A stretch of 52,539 nucleotides of DNA from a virus (lineage: Duplodnaviria; Caudoviricetes), in IMG/VR virus record IMGVR_UViG_3300010048_000015, positions 1 through 52,539 of that record. One strand, given 5' to 3'. Positions 44,636 to 52,539 of the stretch are shown here, piece after piece; position 1 is the first letter of the stretch; every line of letters begins with the position of its first letter. The translations under genes and the position numbers were made by a program. The notes beneath the pieces were generated by a model, which saw only the letters and a list, made by a program, of their open reading frames with translations, searched no databases and was not told where the DNA came from.

Positions 44636-45858
44636 TACCCTATGCCTTTGTGATCGGTTGTTGCTTCGCGTAGTGCGTAGTACCTCGGTTTGACTTCGTA
44701 CAGTGTGTCAAGTGCGTATTGGTAGTCGCCACCCTGATCCATATCCATACAAGGTTCTCTGTAGGCACAGAAGCCGCAGGAGAAGCGTCCTGGCGACGGG
44801 TATAGTGCAAGGTTCGGATTTAGCATCTCGCAAGCCTGCTCGTAGAGGTGGCGTTCGAAGCTTTCGAGCTGTATCGGGCGCTTGTAGACCCTGTGGTCCT
44901 GAATGAACTTTGGACCCTCAGTCTCAAGCCAAGAGATGTACTCGTTGTAAAGACCTTCGTCGTACGCAGCTCTGTCACGCTGCATCACTGTCGCACGGAA
45001 AGTTGCTGCATCGGTGTCCTGGTTCTGACTGATGCTGAACGATCTTCCGAGTCTAACGACCTTCAGCTCGGTTGCAGGTTGCGGAAAGCCCTTCTTTAGT
45101 TCTATGTACCTGAAGCCTCGGATGTTAAGGCCTAGTGCTTTGCGTAGTGCCCAAACGTAGCCTGCGACTTGGTCGTCGAGCTCGAGGATGACATCTGCGT
45201 CCTCACCCATCAGCCTGATAGTTGTCTTCCAATCAACAATCCAGAAGTCGCCTCTGTTATCCCTTACAATCACATCAATGCGGCCTTCGTAGACTACGGG
45301 CAAGCCTATCCAGTCAGCTTCGTACCTCAAGTAGTGTCTGCGCTCAGGGTCTTCAGGCATCGTGATATCTCGACTAGCACAGACCTTAGCCCAGCACTTG
45401 TCGCACTTGCACATGAGCGGCGTACCGTCAGGATGCAAGATCGGTACTTGGAACTTGACCTCGACGTAGATCGGTACGAACTCAGCCACTGGGAGGTGAT
45501 TCATCACGTACCAGTGAATCATCCCCCTCCCCAGCTTCACCTGCTCGTCGTAGTCGCGCTCCTCATCGTCGCCCAGGCCCCTGTCCTGCAGAGAATAGAA
45601 CGCCTTCTTCTGCCTCTGTGCCTCGTCGAAGAAGGCAGCCTCTGCGAACTGAGCGATGAGTTGTTTCGGAGCGCCCCACGTCTCGGGATTGTACATCGCT
45701 TCCATACCCTTATGGAACGCGATTCCGAACTCGAACATCGACAGCGTCTTAGCAGGCTGCAGGTCGAGATCGAAGGACCAGTGATGACGCCGACGGCAGC
45801 CTCTGAACGATCTAAGCTCGGTCGTATGAATTTCATGAACCAGCTGATCAGCTTGCAC
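44635..45858 (-). CDS. Cas4-like PD-(D/E)xK exonuclease
   Basis: GCRRR, G.AFH, GRID...IVDWKT, C..C.YR..C. Confidence 0.85.
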   Translation of the reverse strand: MQADQLVHEIHTTELRSFRGCRRRHHWSFDLDLQPAKTLSMFEFGIAFHKGMEAMYNPETWGAPKQLIAQFAEAAFFDEAQRQKKAFYSLQDRGLGDDEERDYDEQVKLGRGMIHWYVMNHLPVAEFVPIYVEVKFQVPILHPDGTPLMCKCDKCWAKVCASRDITMPEDPERRHYLRYEADWIGLPVVYEGRIDVIVRDNRGDFWIVDWKTTIRLMGEDADVILELDDQVAGYVWALRKALGLNIRGFRYIELKKGFPQPATELKVVRLGRSFSISQNQDTDAATFRATVMQRDRAAYDEGLYNEYISWLETEGPKFIQDHRVYKRPIQLESFERHLYEQACEMLNPNLALYPSPGRFSCGFCAYREPCMDMDQGGDYQYALDTLYEVKPRYYALREATTDHKGIG

Positions 45859-45885
45859 TGGAACTCCTTTAGGCTGCTTAAGACT

Positions 45886-45915
45886 ATTATATCATGGATC
45901 ATCTATGTAGCACAA
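45886..45915 (-). promoter_or_regulatory. promoter for replication/modification operon
   Basis: TTGTGC-18 bp-TATAAT with TGn extension; TTGTAATACA at 45921..45930. Confidence 0.7.
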
Positions 45916-45924
45916 CCCCTTGTA

Positions 45925-46446
45925 TTACAATGACGGTATGACGTTCTCAACCTGATCAGGGTCGGTCTCGCTACGGATCTCGTCTCGCTCTTCCTGCGTA
46001 CGAGCCTCAGCACGCTCCTCCGCGACGTCGTCGGCGGTCGGTGGGTAGAGCTGAGCGTCCAGCTCGGGCAGAAGATTCTTAATGCCGACTCCTGCGAGTA
46101 GTTGGTGAACGAAGCGTCTCACGACCCATCGGTTGGGCTTGTTGCAGCGCTTGTGTACGATCCAGCCGAACCGTTGTGTCCTAATCCAGTCTTCGGTCTG
46201 TGCCGAGAACTTGCCTCGAGAGGAACCGCGGCCCTTGCCTACGATCTTGCACTCGCAGTAAGTCGTCGGTCTGGCGACCAGCGCTTCGACAGTAGCGCAT
46301 GCGGCTGCGATGGCACCGATAGCGACAGTCTCCTGCTGTAGGACTTCCGTCTGGTTGTCGTCTGCTTCTTGCGCTGCCCATAGACTTGCGATGAAATGCT
46401 CGGCTGCATCATTGTCCCCGAAGCCCAGTAGCACTATTCGGGCCAT
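45925..46446 (-). CDS. hypothetical protein, possible Zn site
   Basis: CEC...HKRC; RBS. Confidence 0.7.
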   Translation of the reverse strand: MARIVLLGFGDNDAAEHFIASLWAAQEADDNQTEVLQQETVAIGAIAAACATVEALVARPTTYCECKIVGKGRGSSRGKFSAQTEDWIRTQRFGWIVHKRCNKPNRWVVRRFVHQLLAGVGIKNLLPELDAQLYPPTADDVAEERAEARTQEERDEIRSETDPDQVENVIPSL

Positions 46447-46630
46447 TGACTTCCTCTCCGTCTAGAAAGAATCGGTGGTTGTGTCCTCTGCATACGTCGC
46501 GTGCTGAGTGGTAGTGAACGACGACGCCCTCGACATCTGGGTTGGATATGCGATCCTCCTTGGACTTGTACTTCGCGTCTTCGACCATCTTGAACTCGTC
46601 GATGGCAGGCGTGACGAACATATCACTCAT
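46409..46630 (-). CDS. hypothetical protein
   Basis: GGAGGAG RBS. Confidence 0.6.
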   Translation of the reverse strand: MSDMFVTPAIDEFKMVEDAKYKSKEDRISNPDVEGVVVHYHSARDVCRGHNHRFFLDGEEVNGPNSATGLRGQ

Positions 46631-46964
46631 GACTACTCCTCCCGTCGCTAATGATGCTCTGCTGGTAGAGTTGCTTACGTAGGATCTCGCAGCCGCCTCG
46701 AATTGCTTCGTCGACGCCATCCTGCGAGATCCAGGGATCGCTCCAGGCTGAGAGGTTACCAACATAGTAGTCGGGCCCGATCAGCTTGCCCTTGGCCTGA
46801 TAGTAGACACCGAAGCCTGGCCTGGGACCCTGAGGCGTTGGTATCGAAGGTACGAAGACGAGCTGCCAGCTGATGATTCGTAGCCCAAGACTCTGACTCT
46901 CCAGAGCGGAAAGGACCATCGGCTTGAGTCGCTCTTCGATTTCGGTAAGGTCTGAATCAAGCAT
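46623..46964 (-). CDS. hypothetical protein
   Basis: GGAGG RBS; overlaps neighbours. Confidence 0.65.
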   Translation of the reverse strand: MLDSDLTEIEERLKPMVLSALESQSLGLRIISWQLVFVPSIPTPQGPRPGFGVYYQAKGKLIGPDYYVGNLSAWSDPWISQDGVDEAIRGGCEILRKQLYQQSIISDGRSSHE

Positions 46965-48465
46965 TGAAGTACGCCTCCGGATTGGTTCTGTCGCCCAGAA
47001 TGTATTCTAGGGCTTTCCACTTGTTCGCTATGCGCGTCTTTCTTCCGAGGTCGACAGTGTCGCGTGCCATGATATCGATGACCTGAACGGGATGGATTTG
47101 ACCGATGCGGTGAGCTCGGTCCTCAGCTTGCCTATTCTTAGTCGGGTTCCAATGGCGGTCGAAAAATACGACTGTCGAAGATCGGTGAAGAGTGATACTC
47201 TCCCCTCCAGCTGCGATCGTTCCGCAGAGGACCTGAATGTGACCAGCCTGGAAGTTTGTCTCATAGAGGTCCCGGTCGTGTTGAGATACACTACCAGTAT
47301 ACGGCCGAGCGACAATTCCTCGAGCCTCAAGACGCCGTACAGCAAGGTGACTCATGCTCCTCGATTGACTGAATACGACGATCGACTCGTCAGGATTGCC
47401 ATCGATAATCTCTTCCAGGTCGTCAAGCTTGACGCTTGGATCGACTAGAGTGACCTTGGATCGAAGGTGGCGCCAAGGCTCAACGCCTGGTCCTCTGAAG
47501 ACCGGGTCCTGCTCATAGACTTCTTCGAAGTCCACAGACGCTAGGGCGAATTGTTGGAGACGGACTAGCTGTGCGACGACTGCGCCTGCAGCGAGGGGCT
47601 TGTCCCTGTTCTCTCCGACCCATGCGATCATCTCTCGACGCATCTCGTCGTAGGCCTTACGTTGTCCTGGAGGAAGGGTAACGAAGCGCTCGGTGTACGT
47701 CTTCTTTGGCAGATCGATTCCGACTTCGGACTTCTTTCTGCGCAAGTAACAAGGGTAGATCGTCGATAGCATTTCGGCTGCGCCTACGGGATTCACTCCA
47801 ACGACCTTCTTGAAGCTACGTCCCATCGCTGACTGCTGCTCGACTACGCAAGTCTCCTTAACAAATCTCCAGTACGACCTGAAGTCTTTGGGCCAGAGCC
47901 AGTTGAGGACGCTCCAGAAGTCCTGGGGCTTGTCGTCTGCAGGAGTGCCGCTGATGCCCGTCTTGTACTTAGTCTTGAGAGCCTTCAGTGCTCGTGTCTG
48001 TTGCGCTGTGCGATTCTTGATCCTGTGGACTTCGTCTGCGATGATGTGGAACCACTCGATCTCCTTGAGCACCGGCATAAGACGGAGAGCTTCGTAGTGG
48101 ATGATGACGTAGCGAGGCCAGCCACCTTCCTTGATGGCCTTTCTCAACGCGTAGTCGAGGAGCATACGCTTCTTTCTGTCGATCACCCAGATGACAGTGT
48201 TCGGACCAAGAAGCTCGACGATCGTCTTCACCCATGTGTTCCAGTGCGAGCCTGCTGGTGCGACGATGAGCGTCGGGTGACCTCCGTAGATGTGGGGATT
48301 GCGCAGTTCGATGTCACGTGCGACGCCTTCGTACGTCTTGCCAAGGCCCATGTCATCGGCGATGAGTGCTGCCTCTGCGACTTCGCCTTCGAGTGGGACT
48401 AGCTTCGCTACGCCTTCTTGCTGGAAGTGGTACAACAGGTTCCAGTACTTGCCTCTAACTTGCAT
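46957..48465 (-). CDS. SNF2-family helicase
   Basis: ADDMGLGKT, DEVH, SGTP, QAEDRAHRIGQ. Confidence 0.95.
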   Translation of the reverse strand: MQVRGKYWNLLYHFQQEGVAKLVPLEGEVAEAALIADDMGLGKTYEGVARDIELRNPHIYGGHPTLIVAPAGSHWNTWVKTIVELLGPNTVIWVIDRKKRMLLDYALRKAIKEGGWPRYVIIHYEALRLMPVLKEIEWFHIIADEVHRIKNRTAQQTRALKALKTKYKTGISGTPADDKPQDFWSVLNWLWPKDFRSYWRFVKETCVVEQQSAMGRSFKKVVGVNPVGAAEMLSTIYPCYLRRKKSEVGIDLPKKTYTERFVTLPPGQRKAYDEMRREMIAWVGENRDKPLAAGAVVAQLVRLQQFALASVDFEEVYEQDPVFRGPGVEPWRHLRSKVTLVDPSVKLDDLEEIIDGNPDESIVVFSQSRSMSHLAVRRLEARGIVARPYTGSVSQHDRDLYETNFQAGHIQVLCGTIAAGGESITLHRSSTVVFFDRHWNPTKNRQAEDRAHRIGQIHPVQVIDIMARDTVDLGRKTRIANKWKALEYILGDRTNPEAYFNA

Positions 48466-48637
48466 CAGTCTTCTTTCCTATTGCTGCTAGACCTTCACCG
48501 TGTACAGGACAATACATACCGAACATCTTGCGCCCATCTTCCTCGAAACCTGCCTGCCCGAAGCCTTCGCAGAACTGGTGCTTGACCTCGAACGTGCGTA
48601 GTACGATTTGGAAGTGGAGCTGTCTTAGCCACTTCAT
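48455..48637 (-). CDS. hypothetical protein
   Basis: AAGGGAG RBS. Confidence 0.55.
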   Translation of the reverse strand: MKWLRQLHFQIVLRTFEVKHQFCEGFGQAGFEEDGRKMFGMYCPVHGEGLAAIGKKTDAS

Positions 48638-48697
48638 CTTACTCCCTTATCGCGCCTATAAGCATCGCTGCTACTACGATGATGATCAGCATCGTAG

Positions 48698-48958
48698 TCA
48701 CTCTCTGCTCCTTTCGCCCAGAACGTCGCCGCTAACTGGACATAGCCATAGAAACACGATGAACTCTCTACGGCGCTCGTAGTCAAGCCCAAGTCTTCCC
48801 TTGCCGTTGTATGGGTGTCGTATGTGACATCTTCTGCACCACAAGCCTGCAGTTACGTCTTGCAGTCTAGGAGGTCGCCAAGAGACGCCGTCGTGCGATC
48901 TCTTCCTGTGCCACTTAGTTCGGTATCTTCCAATGAAGTCCCTTGTCTCGTCTTTCAT
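48698..48958 (-). CDS. hypothetical protein, possible Zn ribbon
   Basis: CRRC...CPVS. Confidence 0.5.
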   Translation of the reverse strand: MKDETRDFIGRYRTKWHRKRSHDGVSWRPPRLQDVTAGLWCRRCHIRHPYNGKGRLGLDYERRREFIVFLWLCPVSGDVLGERSRE

Positions 48959-48991
48959 CCGTAGCCTTAGCTGGTTTATCTTACTCCCTTA

Positions 48992-49043
48992 CCTGGCACG
49001 CTGGGTCACCGTGAATGGCCGGTCTCCCTCCCAGCGTGCCAGG
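48992..49043. terminator. hairpin, terminator or processing site
   Basis: 14 bp perfect stem CCTGGCACGCTGGG, 24 nt loop. Confidence 0.6.
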
Positions 49044-49053
49044 CTTTTAGGCA

Positions 49054-49140
49054 CTAGAGATGCTGAATAGCGTGTGACGTGTCGTCTGGACTTGAAGCCT
49101 CGATGTCTGATACCGACCAGACAGCTTCAGTATCCGGCAT
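49054..49140 (-). CDS. 28 aa acidic peptide (not in ORF track)
   Basis: AGGAGGTGA RBS then MPDTEAVWSVSDIEASSPDDTSHAIQHL. Confidence 0.45.
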   Translation of the reverse strand: MPDTEAVWSVSDIEASSPDDTSHAIQHL

Positions 49141-49166
49141 TGTTCTCACCTCCTAGTCTCCAAGGC

Positions 49167-49208
49167 CCTGTACAGGCCAGGCGAGCCTGAGCGGGACGCC
49201 TGTACAGG
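49167..49208. repeat. hairpin built from palindromic CCTGTACAGG units
   Basis: 11 bp stem; each arm contains a 10 bp palindrome. Confidence 0.6.
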
Positions 49209-49218
49209 ACGTTCGAGG

Positions 49219-49416
49219 CTAGGCCAGGTCGAACTCTCCGTCCTTGACTCCTGCTAGAAATGCTTTCCATTCCTGGCCGGTGAAGCCGAGGATTGGTCCG
49301 TCCTGATCCTTCGAGTCGCGAACTTCGACCCGATCACTGCGAGGCCTGCGTACTTCGACGCACGAGCCGTTCGGGTTGCTGTGTCGCGACTTACGCCACT
49401 TGGCGTCCATGGTCAT
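49219..49416 (-). CDS. DUF397 (BldB-like) protein
   Basis: WRKSRHS...CVEV...VRDSKD..GP.L.F...EW.AF..GVK.GEFD. Confidence 0.92.
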   Translation of the reverse strand: MTMDAKWRKSRHSNPNGSCVEVRRPRSDRVEVRDSKDQDGPILGFTGQEWKAFLAGVKDGEFDLA

Positions 49417-49423
49417 CTCTCTG

Positions 49424-50272
49424 TTAGGCGTGCACCCATGTGTCGGGAGCGACGCGAGGGTTGTTCGCGTGCACCCAAGTGTCGAGGTAGTTGGTCAGGT
49501 GAGGCTGGACCGAAGCCCACCCGGAGGCCTGGACGGCGAAGTCGGACATCAGCGGAATCGGAAGTCCGGTGTTGGCGTCCAGGTCATATGCTGCCTGTAG
49601 GGGAGTCAGCCTCGGCGGCAGCGTGCACTGGAAGTGGCGCGTCGGGAACGATACGAGGCCGTTCAGGTCGTAGAGGCCAGCCGCGATTGCGTTGCGGTCG
49701 ATGCCAGTACCTCCACCCCTGATCCACCACGGCACGTCGGTCTGAGTGACGCGGATAGAGCAGGTGAGTAGATCGATGCTGACGTCGTTCGCCACGATGC
49801 CCCTGTGATGCACGAGCACCGAGTCACCGAACACGTCGGAGAAGCGGTCGAGGACGGGGCTCACGGTGATGTCACGCCCCAAGTCGAACCGAATCGGGCC
49901 GGTACCCAGGACCTGGTCTTGCTGACGGAACACGCCAGGCGCGACCAGGAAGCCGTGATCCGAAACGTCGAACTCCTGCTGCTTGATGTTGCGGCAGAAC
50001 CGGAAGTCGGTGTTCGGATCCAGTGGCTGCGGAACGGGTTCGAGCACGACCTGACACTTCGGCGTCGGTGGAGGAGTGCTCGGGCACGGGTCGTAGCCGA
50101 ACGCTGCTGTCGGAGCGTAGGTGATTGGTGGTGGTGCTGTCGTGCAGTCGCTCGTCGGAGTCGGATCCGGCTGCCCACCAGCGGTACTGGCGTGCGCTGC
50201 GGACTGGCTGAGGCCGAACGCGAGAAGTCCCGCGGCCGTTACCCCCACGACGGTCCTCGTGATGATGGACAT
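49424..50272 (-). CDS. secreted protein
   Basis: Signal peptide ending AHA-S, Pro/Thr linker, several Cys. Confidence 0.75.
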   Translation of the reverse strand: MSIITRTVVGVTAAGLLAFGLSQSAAHASTAGGQPDPTPTSDCTTAPPPITYAPTAAFGYDPCPSTPPPTPKCQVVLEPVPQPLDPNTDFRFCRNIKQQEFDVSDHGFLVAPGVFRQQDQVLGTGPIRFDLGRDITVSPVLDRFSDVFGDSVLVHHRGIVANDVSIDLLTCSIRVTQTDVPWWIRGGGTGIDRNAIAAGLYDLNGLVSFPTRHFQCTLPPRLTPLQAAYDLDANTGLPIPLMSDFAVQASGWASVQPHLTNYLDTWVHANNPRVAPDTWVHA

Positions 50273-50387
50273 ATGCTCCCTTTCGGGCCGGGAGACCTAC
50301 CCGTTGTAGGCCTCTCGAAACCCGACTCGGTCCCGGAGCATCCCCTTCCTACTACACCGAATCGGGATTCCAGAAGCCTACGTTTGC

Positions 50388-50720
50388 TCATGGCAGTAGT
50401 CCTTGTCTTCTTGCTTCTTCTACTTCTTGATTGCGAGCCTTACCTTCATCTGTCTGAAGGTAAGCTTCATGAGCGGCTTGCTGAGCTGCTTCGTGTGCAC
50501 GTCTGTGCTCGTTGGCAATGGCATCAGACGCGTCGTAGCTGAGGTTGATCATTCCGTCTTCGATCTCCAGCTTGCCTTGCCAAACGCAGTAGCCGTCCTC
50601 GTCGTAGTAGCCGATGTGCTTGTCAAGACTCGCTGGATCCTCCATCTCCATCAGGTGTAGGAGATTCAGAAGGTCCCTCGCTGTTGGAAACAAGCTTGCC
50701 GACTGAACGTAGGTAGTCAT
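50388..50720 (-). CDS. hypothetical protein
   Basis: GGAGGA RBS. Confidence 0.65.
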   Translation of the reverse strand: MTTYVQSASLFPTARDLLNLLHLMEMEDPASLDKHIGYYDEDGYCVWQGKLEIEDGMINLSYDASDAIANEHRRAHEAAQQAAHEAYLQTDEGKARNQEVEEARRQGLLP

Positions 50721-50970
50721 CGGCTTCCTCCCTTTCAATAACCTTTCGTCCGCAATCGCACGTGCGTACCTTGATGTACTGTCGACGGATGTAGTAGTAG
50801 ATGAGTTGCGGTGTGATACCTCGTAGCTTGCCGTAGTTGACTGGTGTGATGTACTTAGCCGACTCGTCATCAAGGTCATCAAGCATCATTCGCCTGATGA
50901 GCTCGTCACTATTCGTAAACGTGCTTGAGTCGCCTGAGCTCATTTGGGCAATAACTTCGTCAATACCCAT
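50623..50970 (-). CDS. HTH (Xis-like) DNA-binding protein
   Basis: ITPVNYGKLRGITPQLIYYYIRR...GRKVIEREEADDY. Confidence 0.7.
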   Translation of the reverse strand: MGIDEVIAQMSSGDSSTFTNSDELIRRMMLDDLDDESAKYITPVNYGKLRGITPQLIYYYIRRQYIKVRTCDCGRKVIEREEADDYLRSVGKLVSNSEGPSESPTPDGDGGSSES

Positions 50971-50983
50971 GATTGTTCCTAGA

Positions 50984-51328
50984 TTAGTCGCCCAGTGCGC
51001 GTCTTGCTTCACGCTCCGTGAGGTTCGGATGAGTTGACATGTAGTCAATGAGTCGCAGCTCGTCGCGTGCGGCTTGCATAACCATAGTCGACTCACGTGG
51101 TCTCTCGAACGCCTTCGGACCCCTTCGTCCTGGCTGGGGAATCGAGCCATCAGGATTCGTTTGTACAGCCCAACGTTCACCTTCGTCCGAACAACGGCTG
51201 TTATCGCAGACGAAGATGTGCACCTTGACTCCGCGAAGGGCACCTCGCGGACGCTGAGCAGAGACTTCCTTGCCCGGTACTTGACAGCTAGGGCAGCGTG
51301 CGGCCTCTTCGAAGCTGGTGTCGGTCAA
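50984..51328 (-). CDS. zinc-ribbon protein
   Basis: CPSC...CDNSRC. Confidence 0.7.
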   Translation of the reverse strand: MTDTSFEEAARCPSCQVPGKEVSAQRPRGALRGVKVHIFVCDNSRCSDEGERWAVQTNPDGSIPQPGRRGPKAFERPRESTMVMQAARDELRLIDYMSTHPNLTEREARRALGD

Positions 51329-51741
51329 GATGCCTCTAGCAGTCGACGCATCTGGTCTTCGAGGTTAGTGAGGCGCGTATTCAGTGCGGTCACTTGACCT
51401 TCGAGTTGGCCAAGCTTGGTCGCGCTCCGAAGGCGTCGCTGATCAGCGATCTCGAAGTCCTCCCAAACAGGGTCCTTGATGAGCTCCCAGCGCGAAGGCG
51501 AATTGCCACCTCCTCTGGAGAGCTGTTTCACACAGCCCATCTTCTTGAGGCGCTGCATGACACTCGTGTAGTACGGAGTAGCCAGCTGCAAGTCGCTGAA
51601 GAGGCGAGTCAGGAAGCCCTCGTACACAAGAGCATGTACTCCCTCGATCTGAGTCGCGTGCGACTCTCTCTTCATCCGTGCGAACACTGACAAGCAGTGC
51701 TCAAACAGTTTCGGAGGTGCTTCCTCCATCTGCGCTGTCAC
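51325..51741 (-). CDS. winged-helix protein with coiled coil
   Basis: YYTSVMQRLKKMGCVKQL.RG...W; C-terminal heptads. Confidence 0.7.
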   Translation of the reverse strand: MTAQMEEAPPKLFEHCLSVFARMKRESHATQIEGVHALVYEGFLTRLFSDLQLATPYYTSVMQRLKKMGCVKQLSRGGGNSPSRWELIKDPVWEDFEIADQRRLRSATKLGQLEGQVTALNTRLTNLEDQMRRLLEAS

Positions 51742-51931
51742 TTGTCACCTTCTCTCGAATGCTACGGAGCACTCTGATCGTGTCTCCGTAATCACTTGTG
51801 CAGGAGAGAAGTGATTCCCAGCTGGTGAATCCTTCTCCTCCTGACTCTTTGTGCATCGCGTCCTCGAATCCTTCGATCTCGATGTCGAGGACGTCTCGAA
51901 GCACTACACGTTCTTCGTTGGTCAAGACCAT
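51701..51931 (-). CDS. hypothetical protein
   Basis: AAGGGAG RBS. Confidence 0.6.
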   Translation of the reverse strand: MVLTNEERVVLRDVLDIEIEGFEDAMHKESGGEGFTSWESLLSCTSDYGDTIRVLRSIREKVTSDSADGGSTSETV

Positions 51932-51957
51932 GTAATACTCCCTTGCGTGACTTAGGA

Positions 51958-51998
51958 GGGGCTCCTGCCAAAGGAGACTACAGGAAGGCAGGAGCCCC
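51958..51998 (-). other. 3'-UTR hairpin with anti-RBS loop
   Basis: 12 bp stem; minus-strand loop TTCCTGTAGTCTCCTTT. Confidence 0.7.
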
Positions 51999-52026
51999 CT
52001 TGAGTGACCCAAGACGTCCCTTCAGG

Positions 52027-52527
52027 TCACTCGGCTTCGGAGAAGAAGCTGTCCTCCTCGCCGACTTCGAGCTGCACGTCTTCGCCGCTCTCCTCGGTGC
52101 TAGTCGATGCCTGTCCATCGCGAGGCTTCCCGGACGTACCCGCAGGCTTGCCCGACGTGCCGGTGCGCTCCTTGCGTCGCTGCCACCACTCGACGCCCGC
52201 TTCCAGGTCGAGACCCGGACGCGTCCACGCTCGGGTCTCACCTTCGTTGATCTGCGGGTCGTCGTACTCGATCCCGTCCTCGTCGTAGTGCTTCACGGGG
52301 AACGGATCGGTCTTGCCTGGGTTCTTCACGAAGGTGTAGAACTGCTGCGGCTTGATGTCCTTCGGCGCCAGGCCTCGCTTGACCAGCTCGTTCTTGAGCT
52401 GGATCGGCGTGACCTTGCCTGCCGGAAGACTGAAACGCATTCCGACTCCGCCGTTGGTCTCGCCCGTGTCGGCCGCCGCTCCGGTGTCTTCCGGAGTCTC
52501 GGTCTCGGTCGCGGTGTTCCTGGGCAT
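52027..52527 (-). CDS. putative HTH DNA-binding protein with acidic tails
   Basis: VTPIQLKNELVKRG..DIKPQQFYTFVK; GGAGGT RBS. Confidence 0.75.
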   Translation of the reverse strand: MPRNTATETETPEDTGAAADTGETNGGVGMRFSLPAGKVTPIQLKNELVKRGLAPKDIKPQQFYTFVKNPGKTDPFPVKHYDEDGIEYDDPQINEGETRAWTRPGLDLEAGVEWWQRRKERTGTSGKPAGTSGKPRDGQASTSTEESGEDVQLEVGEEDSFFSEAE

Positions 52528-52539
52528 TGTACCTCCCTC

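Noticed and set aside
44635-45858. Cas4-like gene as sign of a CRISPR system
   Set aside because: No repeat-spacer array or other cas genes seen; it sits in the usual exonuclease-Sak4-SSB recombination module.
34025-52288. Plus-strand ORFs in the replication arm (e.g. 45169..45933, 49805..50542)
   Set aside because: Antisense to coupled minus-strand genes, with no recognisable domains.
1-52539. Prophage, integrase or tRNA genes
   Set aside because: No recombinase motifs, host flanks or cloverleaf recognised by eye; a tRNA scan was not run.

Overview
The window looks like an essentially complete genome of a tailed dsDNA phage with a siphovirus-type tail module, probably circularly permuted. 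The host is probably an actinobacterium, given a DUF397 gene and actinophage-like tail and lysis genes. No integrase was recognised, so a lytic lifestyle is inferred. Layout: (i) 1-5.7 kb holds small leftward early genes behind several near-consensus sigma70-type promoters. (ii) 5.8-33.1 kb is a rightward morphogenesis and lysis arm: terS, terL, portal, a fibre/tailspike cassette inside the head module, Mu-like protease, capsid, neck, tail tube, frameshifted chaperone, tape measure with SLT domain, Dit, minor tails and an amidase endolysin. (iii) 33.2-52.5 kb is a leftward replication arm: RuvC, Endo VII, UDG-fused PolA, primase-helicase, SSB, Sak4-like ATPase, Cas4-like nuclease and SNF2 helicase. 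Most notable: a 7-deazaguanine cluster (queC, queD, queE, folE, a MazG-like pyrophosphatase and a divergent TGT/DpdA-fold protein) overlap-coupled to a PolA with altered active-site motifs; a Lys/Ala/Gly-rich protein whose N-terminus copies that of the major capsid protein; and an apparent RNA-level regulatory layer around a four-member HTH family (antisense loop against a shared RBS, a 5'/3'-UTR duplex, a conserved post-stop RNA motif). All calls come from motif recognition by eye; no searches were run.
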